NCBI GenBank assembly: GCA_948443805.1
Contig: CAOJUB010000008.1
Coordinates: 5,622 to 69,621, forward strand
DNA: 64,000 nucleotides
Direction: 5' to 3'
Origin: an uncultured Clostridia bacterium
Lineage (GTDB): Bacteria > Bacillota > Clostridia > Oscillospirales > UBA644
The notes beneath the pieces were generated by a model that saw only the letters and a program-made list of their open reading frames with translations, made no database searches and had not been told where the DNA came from. Position 1 is the stretch's first letter, and each line of letters starts with the position of its first letter. Below are positions 9,887 through 18,187 of this stretch, piece by piece. Position numbers and translations under genes: made by a program.

Positions 9887-10489
9887 ATGAAGAACCGTGC
9901 GGATATTCCCCTGAACTGCCTTTTTCAGGGCTGCTATAACCCGATGTTTGAAGAAGAAATTCAAAAAGGGAAAGATCAATGCTACCGCTATAACCAACTT
10001 CATCCCAACGACAGAAAAGCGCAGCGGCAGCTGCTTGCCGGCCTGCTCGGGAAAATGGGACGGGACGTCACCATCATGCCGCCTTTCTGGTGCGATTACG
10101 GCTACCATATATCTGTCGGCGATTTTTTCTATGCCAACCATAACCTGATCATTACCGATGGAGCCAAGGTCTCGTTCGGCGATCATGTCTTTATTGCGCC
10201 GAACTGCTGCTTCACCACCGCCGAGCACGCCATCGACCCCGAACAAAGAAAAGCCGGGCTGGAAATCGCCAAGCCCATCACTGTCGGAAACAATGTCTGG
10301 ATCGGCGCGGGGACAACGGTTCTTGCCGGCGTTACCATTGGGGACAATTCGGTCATCGGCGCGGGAAGCATGGTTAAAAAATCAATTCCCCCAAACGTGA
10401 TCGCGGTCGGCGTACCGTGCCGGGTTCTCCGGAAAATCGCCGAAGAAGATAAAAACCGTTATCCGGTCTATACAGAAAAAGAAAAATAA
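9887..10489 (+). CDS. Sugar (maltose/galactoside) O-acetyltransferase
   Basis: PPFWCDYGYHI, KPITVGNNVWIGAG hexapeptide repeats, GVPCRVLRKI. Confidence 0.9.
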   Translation: MKNRADIPLNCLFQGCYNPMFEEEIQKGKDQCYRYNQLHPNDRKAQRQLLAGLLGKMGRDVTIMPPFWCDYGYHISVGDFFYANHNLIITDGAKVSFGDHVFIAPNCCFTTAEHAIDPEQRKAGLEIAKPITVGNNVWIGAGTTVLAGVTIGDNSVIGAGSMVKKSIPPNVIAVGVPCRVLRKIAEEDKNRYPVYTEKEK

Positions 10490-10508
10490 ACGCGGAGGGT
10501 GACAGCCA

Positions 10509-10988
10509 ATGAGAAGAAAAGAACGCGAAATATCAAAAGAAGCCGCCCTTCAGATCGCCGACGCCTGTCTCTGGGCAGCGCTCTCTATGACAGAGCCAGA
10601 CGGAACGCCCTATGCGGTTCCCGTCAGCATTGCAAGGAGGGAAACGACCGTTTATTTTCACTGTGCCAAAAACGGAAAAAAAACAGAATTACTGCAAAAA
10701 AATCCTTCGGTATGCCTGACCTGTGTAAGCCAAGCCGTTCCGGTTCCCGAAAAATACACCATGGCCTATAAATCGGCGCTCCTTTTCGGTAAGGCCTCTG
10801 AAGTTACCAACGAAGCAGAAAAAACCGAAGCGCTGAAACTTCTTGTTCTGCGATACGCCGCGGAATACCTGGATCGCTTTGAAGCCATTCTCTCTGCTTC
10901 TCTGGAAAGCACGGCGGTATGGAAAATTGAAATCAGCCAAATCACCGGAAAAAGCAACCCGCTGCCCTCCGAAAACCCAGAAAAATAA
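10509..10988 (+). CDS. Pyridoxamine 5'-phosphate oxidase-like FMN-binding protein (NimA-like)
   Basis: MRRKERE start, PYAVPVS, VYFHCAKNGKK, NPSVCLTCV. Confidence 0.85.
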   Translation: MRRKEREISKEAALQIADACLWAALSMTEPDGTPYAVPVSIARRETTVYFHCAKNGKKTELLQKNPSVCLTCVSQAVPVPEKYTMAYKSALLFGKASEVTNEAEKTEALKLLVLRYAAEYLDRFEAILSASLESTAVWKIEISQITGKSNPLPSENPEK

Positions 10989-11072
10989 AACCCGGCCGGC
11001 ACCGCAAAACGAAGGCCGGAACTCCTGGATATGAATATCGGCACAAAGAAGAAGAAAAAAAAGACTTCCGCC

Positions 11073-11104
11073 TTGGGGCGCCCTCCGTAAGGAAGGCGCC
11101 CCAA
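11073..11104 (-). repeat. GC-rich palindrome, copy 1 (probable terminator and cassette end)
   Basis: Minus strand TTGGGGCGCCTTCC-TTAC-GGAGGGCGCCCCAA. Related copy at 34777-34810. Confidence 0.8.
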
Positions 11105-11159
11105 TTTTATATGGATTTTAGTGTCAAAATCCGATGCTCGCTATAAATATGGACAAGTG

Positions 11160-11972
11160 TTATTTTTTGAATCCTCTATAACTCCCAAAACCAAGCATAT
11201 ATGCTGCCATGGCAACTGCCAAATCTTCGGATTCGATATCCTGTTTTGCCGCCAGTTCTCTCAGCTCATCAATAACAGTATCGTGAGGAACAATAGTTCC
11301 TTCCAGCTCTTTTACTGCGTTCTCAATAACTGAGGGAAGAATCATACACATTTGATAAAAAGCATCGTCTTGCCCTGTAACCAATGCGTAAAATTGATCT
11401 AGACTAACCCTGCGAATCAGTTTATGACCAACCTTGCGCTTATCAACTGTCGTTTCCCATTTGATATTTTGTGATCGTTGAGCAATCGCTTCCACCAAGA
11501 AGCACGCACAATCATCATCGTTCAAAAGTTGGTTTTGCATTTTAATAAAAGTTTTACCAGCTGAAGCAGAATTCATTGTGTTGTGCTTATTTTTCATTTC
11601 AACATAAACAGTGTGTACAATCCCGGCATCAGGGATTGATATGCCGTCTGCATTCTCATAAATGACATCCCAGCCGCCTTCTTCTCCGTTCAGCGGCACA
11701 TGGCAGTTCTCTATGTATTGAAATATGCGCTGATGAAAATATCCGATATCGTTATTGTTTGATTTATCCCTTTGACGAAATATTTCGTTACTGACAATTT
11801 CATCCCAAGTAGACTGATAAACTGTTTTATCAAAAATTAGCTTAATCGGATCAATGATATTTTTGTTGAAACGCTTTAAATCAAAAGATTCAAGCTTTTC
11901 TCCGTACTTCTCAATAGTTGCTTTTACATGGTTCATAAAATCTTCTTCACTTATAAAATTCAATCCCCACAT
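11160..11972 (-). CDS. Type II restriction endonuclease, Eco47II/Sau96I family (probably GGNCC)
   Basis: NKNIIDPIKLIFDK, EIFRQRDKSNNNDIGYFHQ, WDV...EMKNKHNTMNS PD-(D/E)xK core. Shares base 11972 with the MTase stop. Confidence 0.85.
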   Translation of the reverse strand: MWGLNFISEEDFMNHVKATIEKYGEKLESFDLKRFNKNIIDPIKLIFDKTVYQSTWDEIVSNEIFRQRDKSNNNDIGYFHQRIFQYIENCHVPLNGEEGGWDVIYENADGISIPDAGIVHTVYVEMKNKHNTMNSASAGKTFIKMQNQLLNDDDCACFLVEAIAQRSQNIKWETTVDKRKVGHKLIRRVSLDQFYALVTGQDDAFYQMCMILPSVIENAVKELEGTIVPHDTVIDELRELAAKQDIESEDLAVAMAAYMLGFGSYRGFKK

Positions 11973-13201
11973 TATAGACTCTCCAATGCTTCTTTTATTC
12001 TAGTAGCAATATCATATGCTAAATTAACAGGAACTGCGTTACCAACTTGCTTATATTGCTGTCCAACACTACCGCAGAACTGCCAATCATCAGGAAAGCT
12101 CTGACATCTTGCATTTTCACGAATCGTAAACGGACGAGCTTCTAACGGATGACAACGATCTGTTTGTTTCTGACTGGGAGAAGTAAGAACGGTTAAAGAA
12201 GGCTCGTCAAGGCTTAATCTTCGTAAAATTCCAGTTCTTCCGCCTTCCATATACCAACAGCTTTTCATATATTCCTTTGCTATATCTTCGGGAATATCAC
12301 GCCAGTAACCACCGGGAGGAACTAACTCAAATATTTTTCGTTTATATTCAGAATATAGTGTGCCTTCGCTTTTAGGGCAATCAATTAAAACATCTCTAAG
12401 CACGGGTTTATATTTGTGAGGAGCAGGAAATTCAAACGACAGCTTATCCTTCAAATCGTTCCGAATTCCTATTGTAATAAGTCGTTCCCGCTTTTGAGCA
12501 ACGCCATAATCCCATGCGTTTAGTACTTTTTTCTGAATGGTATAACCTGTGCTTTCAAAAATCTCTGTAATAGTTTTATAAGTGCGACCTCTGTCGTGAG
12601 TAAGTAATCCTCTTACATTCTCAAATAAGAACATCTTAGGCTGTAACTGTTCTAAAAATTTTGCGTAGTGATAAAAGAGAGTTCCACGAGCATCCTCAAG
12701 TCCCAATCGTTTTCCTGCATAAGAAAAGCTTTGACAAGGAGCTCCGCCCGATAATAAGTCGAGTTCTCCCTCAACAAGTCCGAAATACTCTTTCAAATCA
12801 AGACAGGAAATATTCGCTATATCATCATTGATAACACGCCAATTAGGACGATTACATTTTAATGTGTCAGAGGCATCCTTATCAAATTCGATAAGTCCTA
12901 ATGTATCAAATCCTGCTTTTTCTATGCCAAGAGCTAACCCTCCTGCACCGGCAAACAGTTCTATTGTGGTAAACGATTTAGGTATAGGAATAGATTCTTC
13001 TTCCTGAACGATTTCTATAATGTCGCCGATGTTACATTGCAGTGCAGCACAAATTTTTTCGATACTTTCAAAGGAAACGGTCTCATTCTTGCCCATTCGA
13101 GCCATTACATTGAAACTAATACCTGCCGCCTCTTTCAATTCTGTTTTATTCATATTTTTGTCTATGAGAAGTTTCCACAAGTTGTTGTAGCAAACAGCCA
13201 T
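11972..13201 (-). CDS. DNA (cytosine-5) methyltransferase with N-terminal XRE-type HTH
   Basis: First ~65 aa are an HTH (YNNLWKLLIDKNMNKTEL...ICAALQCNIGDI). Then ELFAGAGG, GGAPCQSFS, ENVRG, QKRERL, QVGNAVP. Confidence 0.93.
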   Translation of the reverse strand: MAVCYNNLWKLLIDKNMNKTELKEAAGISFNVMARMGKNETVSFESIEKICAALQCNIGDIIEIVQEEESIPIPKSFTTIELFAGAGGLALGIEKAGFDTLGLIEFDKDASDTLKCNRPNWRVINDDIANISCLDLKEYFGLVEGELDLLSGGAPCQSFSYAGKRLGLEDARGTLFYHYAKFLEQLQPKMFLFENVRGLLTHDRGRTYKTITEIFESTGYTIQKKVLNAWDYGVAQKRERLITIGIRNDLKDKLSFEFPAPHKYKPVLRDVLIDCPKSEGTLYSEYKRKIFELVPPGGYWRDIPEDIAKEYMKSCWYMEGGRTGILRRLSLDEPSLTVLTSPSQKQTDRCHPLEARPFTIRENARCQSFPDDWQFCGSVGQQYKQVGNAVPVNLAYDIATRIKEALESL

Positions 13202-13253
13202 TGTATTACCTCCGCATTGCTAAAATCAAAAAATACACAAATGGGTTATTTAT

Positions 13254-13305
13254 ATAATACCATATTCTTGTCGAAAAATCAATAGTTCTCACGATTTCGT
13301 TAGAA
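13254..13305 (-). promoter_or_regulatory. MTase promoter with upstream inverted repeat (candidate HTH operator)
   Basis: TTGATT (13282-13277), 17 bp, TGgTATTAT. Inverted repeat TTCTCACGA-TT-TCGTTAGAA at 13286-13305. Confidence 0.5.
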
Positions 13306-13377
13306 AATCTTTTTGAATGAACTTAAAAAAGGAGAGGCTACTTCCTTATGTAGCCTTTCCCTTTCGGAAGCCGTTTT

Positions 13378-14082
13378 TTATTCCACGGTTTTTGCCACTT
13401 TCAACGTTTTTAAATACGACTTTTGTTCATCAGTGATCCGACGGCTTTCCACCGCTTTCTGAATGGCTTTATTATGCGTCCAGGGCGACAGCCGGCGGTT
13501 TTCAAAATACGGCAGAACCGCCTGGTACTGTTTGGCAAGCGCCGTGGCGAAATACCAGGCGATCATCATATTCACATAATATTCCTTCGACTGAACACCG
13601 GCAACCAATGCCGGATAATCCGGAGAAAAAGCACCGTCCAGATACCAGTTCATCAAAAGACCGATCCCATAGCGGACGGTGTAACACCGGTCAGAAGCAA
13701 TCCAGCGCCGGATCGCCAAAAGCAGCTCCGGCAGATGCTTCCCGAAAATTTTCGGCGACATCATATCACAGGTCGCCCAATTATCCACATACGGCAAAAA
13801 ATCATCCAGAAGCCGGATGGTTTCCTCATAATCCCGGCATTTTTCTATCAGAAAGGCATGCAAATTATTTTCTTCATAATAATCGTGCGGCAACTGTTTC
13901 AAAAAAACCGACGCCTCCGGCGTTTTTGCAAAATCCGACGCGAATTTTCGCAGCGCCGGCGTACGAACGCCGATAATCGTCTCGCTGTCCACCGTCGGGA
14001 TCAGTTTGGAATGAAACGCCCGGTAAGCTGTATCCTGCAGGGAAAATAACTGTTTTTGAACCGACTGACAAACCTGTTCCAA
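13378..14082 (-). CDS. DNA alkylation repair protein (AlkD-like)
   Basis: IIGVRTPALR, VDNWATCD, YYVNMMIAWYFATALAKQ, HNKAIQKAVESRR. TTG start after AGGAGG. Confidence 0.88.
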   Translation of the reverse strand: MEQVCQSVQKQLFSLQDTAYRAFHSKLIPTVDSETIIGVRTPALRKFASDFAKTPEASVFLKQLPHDYYEENNLHAFLIEKCRDYEETIRLLDDFLPYVDNWATCDMMSPKIFGKHLPELLLAIRRWIASDRCYTVRYGIGLLMNWYLDGAFSPDYPALVAGVQSKEYYVNMMIAWYFATALAKQYQAVLPYFENRRLSPWTHNKAIQKAVESRRITDEQKSYLKTLKVAKTVE

Positions 14083-14098
14083 AAGCCGTTCCTCCTTC

Positions 14099-14461
14099 TT
14101 ATTTCGATTTCTTTTGAGAGTGCGAAGAATAAACAAAGCCCTTTTTCTCTTCCCAATACTGCGCCGCACAGGACGGTATCCCGCAATTTTCAGCACAGCC
14201 CTGCTTCAAAGACAAGTCCTCCCGGCAGCCATGGCACTGACCGTAGCAGAGGTTCTGAAAAGAATCGGAAAAATCCTGAAAAAAGGACGTAATCTTCTTT
14301 CCGCCGGTATCGGGTATTCCCGAAAACGCCTGATTAAAAATTTCACCAAACCGGTCAAAAACCGGAGAAAATTCGGAAAATACGCCGTCTTTGCAGTTCG
14401 TACAGGTAAAGCAAAGAGCCGAACAGGGCGCAATCCGGCGCAGCAATTCTTTTTTTTCCAT
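14099..14461 (-). CDS. Cys-rich DUF3795-like protein, possibly C-terminally damaged
   Basis: IAPCSALCFTC...CHGCR...CGIPSCA. Lacks the usual terminal CxxCxxFPC. Confidence 0.45.
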   Translation of the reverse strand: MEKKELLRRIAPCSALCFTCTNCKDGVFSEFSPVFDRFGEIFNQAFSGIPDTGGKKITSFFQDFSDSFQNLCYGQCHGCREDLSLKQGCAENCGIPSCAAQYWEEKKGFVYSSHSQKKSK

Positions 14462-14517
14462 TAAAAATGCCCTTTCTTCATTATCCGTTTCTTTTTTGCA
14501 CAAAAAAACATGTTTAC

Positions 14518-15045
14518 TTACTTTTTATAAAAAATCCGGCCTTCTTTTCTGGGCGCGGCCTCTGGAATTTCTCCCGCTGCATACCCGAGCGCACAATGGC
14601 CGATGCCTTCATAGTCTCCCACAATGCCGAGCGATTGCAGCAGCTGTTTTCCCCACTCGGTTTCGAACTCTTCCTTCGCACGGTGAATCCAACAGCTACT
14701 AAGCCCCAGTTCATGGGCGGCAAGCATCAGGTTCCCCATCACCAAGCTGCCATCGTAAACTCGGTTCGGCCAATCCTTTTTGGCAAGGACAATCACCATG
14801 GCCGGCGCGCCGTAAAACGGATCAAAGCCCTCTTCCCAGCCGCCGATAGCACAATTGCGCCGAACAATCTCATCACGAAGCTCGCGATCCGATACCTGAA
14901 TCATAATTGTATTCTGCTGTCCCCGGGCGCTGGCTGCATACAAGCCGGCTTCCATAATCTGATCCAGCAGTTCCTGCGGAACCGGATCGGGCTTGTAGCA
15001 CCGGACGCTCCTTCTGTTTTTCATAGATTCCAGCCATCCGCTCAT
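14518..15045 (-). CDS. Nitroreductase family protein
   Basis: RRSVRCYKPDPVP, DPFYGAP, LAAHELGLSSCWI. Confidence 0.92.
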   Translation of the reverse strand: MSGWLESMKNRRSVRCYKPDPVPQELLDQIMEAGLYAASARGQQNTIMIQVSDRELRDEIVRRNCAIGGWEEGFDPFYGAPAMVIVLAKKDWPNRVYDGSLVMGNLMLAAHELGLSSCWIHRAKEEFETEWGKQLLQSLGIVGDYEGIGHCALGYAAGEIPEAAPRKEGRIFYKK

Positions 15046-15200
15046 CTGATATTCCTCCCCAAAAGATAATTTCTCCTGCTATCGCACGCCTGAACAAAAA
15101 AAATAAAGGCCGCAGAAACGTATCTCTTATTTTCCTTCAGCTTTTCATCCTGTAAGCCGTCTTTCTGTTCTTGTTTTCTCTTGTTTTAGCGCCAGAAAAA

Positions 15201-15283
15201 TCCTTCGCATGTTTCCCGAAGGGACACAAACCGCAAAAGATTGTGTTCTTTTTTATTATACCGGAAAAATTCCTTCAAGTCAA
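15201..15283 (-). promoter_or_regulatory. SigA promoter plus two-hairpin 5' leader (copy N)
   Basis: TTGACT-17-TATAAT (15283-15255), then AAGAACACAATCTTTTGCGGTTTGTGTCCCTTCGGGAAACATGCGAAGGA. Confidence 0.6.
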
Positions 15284-15334
15284 TCCCCCTCCATTTAATA
15301 AATGGTTTTCTTATCAAGGAAAAGAGGAAATATC

Positions 15335-15363
15335 TTGACAAAACCAGACATTTATGCTATACT
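15335..15363 (+). promoter_or_regulatory. SigA promoter of the lipoprotein gene, bracketed by direct repeats
   Basis: TTGACA-17-TATACT with TG. TTTC(T)TATCAAGGAAA at about 15307-15322 and 15380-15394. Confidence 0.65.
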
Positions 15364-15413
15364 GTACATAAATCCTGTTTTTCTATCAAGGAAACAAAAA
15401 AGGAGGGTTTTCA

Positions 15414-15902
15414 ATGAAAAAGACGATCGCACTGATTCTCGGCATCATTCTCGTGCTGTCGCTGACGGCATGCGGTAAAAGCGCCGAAAAAGAAAAAACC
15501 GTTTATCAGCGCGGAGACACCGTAACCCTGAAAAACTGGGAAATAACCATAACGGATTTCCAGTTTTTCGACTTTTCCGACAAGGAAGAGCATCCGGAGG
15601 AAAAAGGAATTGAGGTAAACTGCACGGTAAAAAATATCGGCAAAAAAGAAGAAACCTTCTTCTCTTCCGGATTTTGGCTGAAAAAAGACAACGCCCGGCT
15701 GCTGTACGGCAATGGCTATGAATACGAAGCGACTTACATCTGGTTTAATGACAGCGACCTTCGGAACGCCGAGATTATCCCCCTCTCCACCCGCTCCGGA
15801 ACGATTTCATTTAGGGTTCCGCAAACGGTTGCTGACTCCCAGGAAGAACTGCTGTTCAAATTTTCCTCCGGCCTCGATTCTTTTCTGGTAAAATTGCGGT
15901 AA
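15414..15902 (+). CDS. Lipoprotein, DUF4352-like Ig-fold
   Basis: Lipobox LSLTA-C, GDTVTL, VNCTVKNIGK, GTISFRVP. Confidence 0.75.
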   Translation: MKKTIALILGIILVLSLTACGKSAEKEKTVYQRGDTVTLKNWEITITDFQFFDFSDKEEHPEEKGIEVNCTVKNIGKKEETFFSSGFWLKKDNARLLYGNGYEYEATYIWFNDSDLRNAEIIPLSTRSGTISFRVPQTVADSQEELLFKFSSGLDSFLVKLR

Positions 15903-16062
15903 AAAATGCTATTTTTACAGGGAACGCTGTTTTTTGCGGCGTTCCTTTTTTCTTTTTCAAAATAGCCGGAACACAAAAAAGAAGGCCGTTTTGGCAAGAA
16001 TAACCGCACTGTTTTACGGAAATACTTTTTTTATCAGTAAAATATCAGAAAGGAATTCTCTT

Positions 16063-16245
16063 GTGGAAAACAACGGCTGTCCCTGCAAACGAAAACAATG
16101 TCAACGGTACGGAAATTGCCTGTTGTGCCGGGAGCACCATCAGCAGACCGGAATCCCCGCAGCCTGCGATAGACCCGGAAAAAAGAACCGGTTTCCAGGA
16201 AAAATCACCGGCGCAAAAAGCGGCGAAACCCAGAATCGATCTTGA
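16063..16245 (+). CDS. Small Cys/His-rich putative metal-binding protein (60 aa, DUF6485-like pattern)
   Basis: GTG after AGAAAGGA RBS. CPCKRKQCQRYGNCLLCREHH...PAAC. Confidence 0.6.
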   Translation: MENNGCPCKRKQCQRYGNCLLCREHHQQTGIPAACDRPGKKNRFPGKITGAKSGETQNRS

Positions 16246-16270
16246 CAATACGTTTTTTTTATGGTATACT
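16242..16270 (+). promoter_or_regulatory. SigA promoter of tmRNA
   Basis: TTGACA-17-TATACT. Confidence 0.8.
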
Positions 16271-16287
16271 GTCTGTGCTGACAATTG

Positions 16288-16636
16288 GGGGCCGTACCGG
16301 ATTTCGACGGGAAGGCTGAAACAAAATAAGCGGGTAGTGGCGCGGAGACACTGTAAAAGCCGCAAACTTTAAAACAAACGCTAATCATAACGAATTAGTC
16401 GCTGCCTAATTACGGCAGCCGTCCTCTCCCGGAGTACTGCGGCCGGGAACAGGGCGTCATCAAGCAGTCAACGCTTGCAGGCGGGGCCGAGAGCCGGTAA
16501 GCGTACAATTTCGGCTTTTTTCCTGACGGATTTGCTTTTTGTTCCGTACGGAAAGAAACCAAACAAAAAGCTACACCCGTAGAAAGTTTTGCGGATCTCT
16601 TTTCGGACAGGGGTTCAACTCCCCTCGGCTCCACCA
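16288..16636 (+). ncRNA. ssrA: tmRNA
   Basis: 5' GGGGCCGTACCGGATTTCGACGGG. 3' GGGGTTCAACTCCCCTCGGCTCCACCA. Tag ORF ends ...NANHNELVAA*. Confidence 0.95.
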
Positions 16637-17513
16637 AAATTATCACTGCACGAACCCCTAAGAGGAAAATTACTGTTTTTCCGCGGGGGTTCGTGCTACA
16701 TATTAAAATATAAAGTTAAAGGATATTTGAAATATGTCTGCTTTTGAAATAGCCTCGCTTATTATTACTGGTTTGGGTGTGGTAGCAACTTTTTCTGCAG
16801 TTGTAGTCGCATTATGGCAAACCAAATATACAAATAAGAAAAAATTGAAATGTCAATTCATTAAAGACAACACGATGGTAAATCCCTCTACTGGAGATAA
16901 AAAGCTGTATGTTGGAATGAGTATATCAAATATAGGAAATAAGAAAGTGATTTTAACAAACTGGGGATTAAAGCTAACTGGTAATAATTTTTTGCTTATC
17001 CTAACTTCTGGCTTTGAAAAGGATTTTTTTGATAAAGCAGTTTCTAAAAAAACGCCCATAGAAATAGAGCCTGAAGAAAATATTACATTCTTTTATTCAA
17101 AGGAATTATTTAAAAAACTGTTGGCTGAATATATTGAACAAAATGAGATTGATAAAAATAAAAAAGTAACTTTTCTTATTCATGATTCAACCGGTAAAAC
17201 TTACAAAACAACCAGTCCTCTGAAGGCTAAAGAATACTTATAAACAACTGAATTATATTTTTAGTGTTCAACCAGCGCAGGCTTGCCTCCACCACGTCGG
17301 AACGAGTTACGCTCGGCTCACCTGTTCAGTTATAAACATTCTCACAACGCCTCACTGTCGCTACCAACTTTTGGCGATCTTCGATCTCAGAGGGTCAACT
17401 CCAACCTCCGAAAAGCCGAAACTATCTTTTTCATGTAGATGATGTATACAGATAAAACCGCCTGAATCCAGGCGGTTTTTCTTTTTTTCCATACACGTTT
17501 TTTACACGTTTTT
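16637..17513. mobile_element. Residual islet at the tmRNA 3' end
   Basis: AT-rich gene. CTCCACCA repeated at 17287-17294. TACACGTTTTT tandem at 17492-17513. No integrase present. Confidence 0.5.
16734..17243 (+). CDS. N-terminally membrane-anchored hypothetical protein, very low GC
   Basis: 169 aa with one N-terminal TM helix and a Lys-rich body (ISNIGNKKVIL). AAAGGA RBS. Confidence 0.75.
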   Translation: MSAFEIASLIITGLGVVATFSAVVVALWQTKYTNKKKLKCQFIKDNTMVNPSTGDKKLYVGMSISNIGNKKVILTNWGLKLTGNNFLLILTSGFEKDFFDKAVSKKTPIEIEPEENITFFYSKELFKKLLAEYIEQNEIDKNKKVTFLIHDSTGKTYKTTSPLKAKEYL

Positions 17514-17660
17514 CGGTTACTTTATACGGTTCAATATCTGAATGGCGCGCTCATTCCGCCGATTGGAAATAAAACCGGCAGCTTTCTCTATGGAAGAATG
17601 ATTCGTCCGGTTCGAAGCAAAATTTTCCGCCATAGGCAAAGGCGCTTTTTCTGTTGTTTT

Positions 17661-18071
17661 TCACACTTCCGGAGACGACTGCAAATACGAATCCAATTCC
17701 TTTTCGGTGAACAGCAGAAAAAGAGAATAAACACCTAAACTGGGGACCTTTTCCAGGAATTCCCGGCTGAATCCGGGAACGACGGATTTGCCCGACACAA
17801 TATCTTCGGATAACACCACGCCGTTTTTCTTTGCCTGAGCAAGCGCATACTTCATTTCCGAGCGGATCCCGTCCATGCGTAACGCTTCCAATTCCTCAAG
17901 CTGCTTCCGCTGGCTCTCGCTCAATTTCCAGACATTTGCCTCCCGGGTTTCGTTTTCCGAAGAGAAATAGACCCGGATAACCATGGGATCAACCGATTCC
18001 TGTAAATTTATCAGCGCTTCGTTAAACTGCTTTGCTTTTCTATAAGTCGACATGGCATACGATACCTTCAT
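17661..18071 (-). CDS. Hypothetical protein
   Basis: 136-aa ORF with AGAGGG RBS and host-like composition. No motif recognised. Confidence 0.6.
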   Translation of the reverse strand: MKVSYAMSTYRKAKQFNEALINLQESVDPMVIRVYFSSENETREANVWKLSESQRKQLEELEALRMDGIRSEMKYALAQAKKNGVVLSEDIVSGKSVVPGFSREFLEKVPSLGVYSLFLLFTEKELDSYLQSSPEV

Positions 18072-18187
18072 ACAGACCCTCTCTTTGTGTGATTCACATC
18101 ATACAGTAAAAAACCTTTCGGCCAAAGAAAAAATACGCTTTTTTTCAAACGGATTTTATCTTCTCTTTCCGGTTTCCCAGCGGCAGG

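Larger units (their letters stand above)
11071..13363. mobile_element. Transposase-less R-M cassette bounded by CCTT direct repeats and hairpin ends
   Basis: AT-rich. CCTT at 11071-11074 and 13360-13363. Flanks rejoin into a canonical alkD terminator. Both ends are hairpins containing TAAGGAAG in inverted orientation. Confidence 0.6.

Noticed and set aside
9824-9890. Possible integration at tRNA-Arg
   Set aside because: A terminator follows immediately, downstream genes have host-like composition, and there is no 3' duplication.
16360-16409. Unusual tmRNA tag or resume codon
   Set aside because: The tag ends in a typical ..VAA*. The resume codon (ACA or GCT) cannot be fixed without an alignment, so no claim is made.
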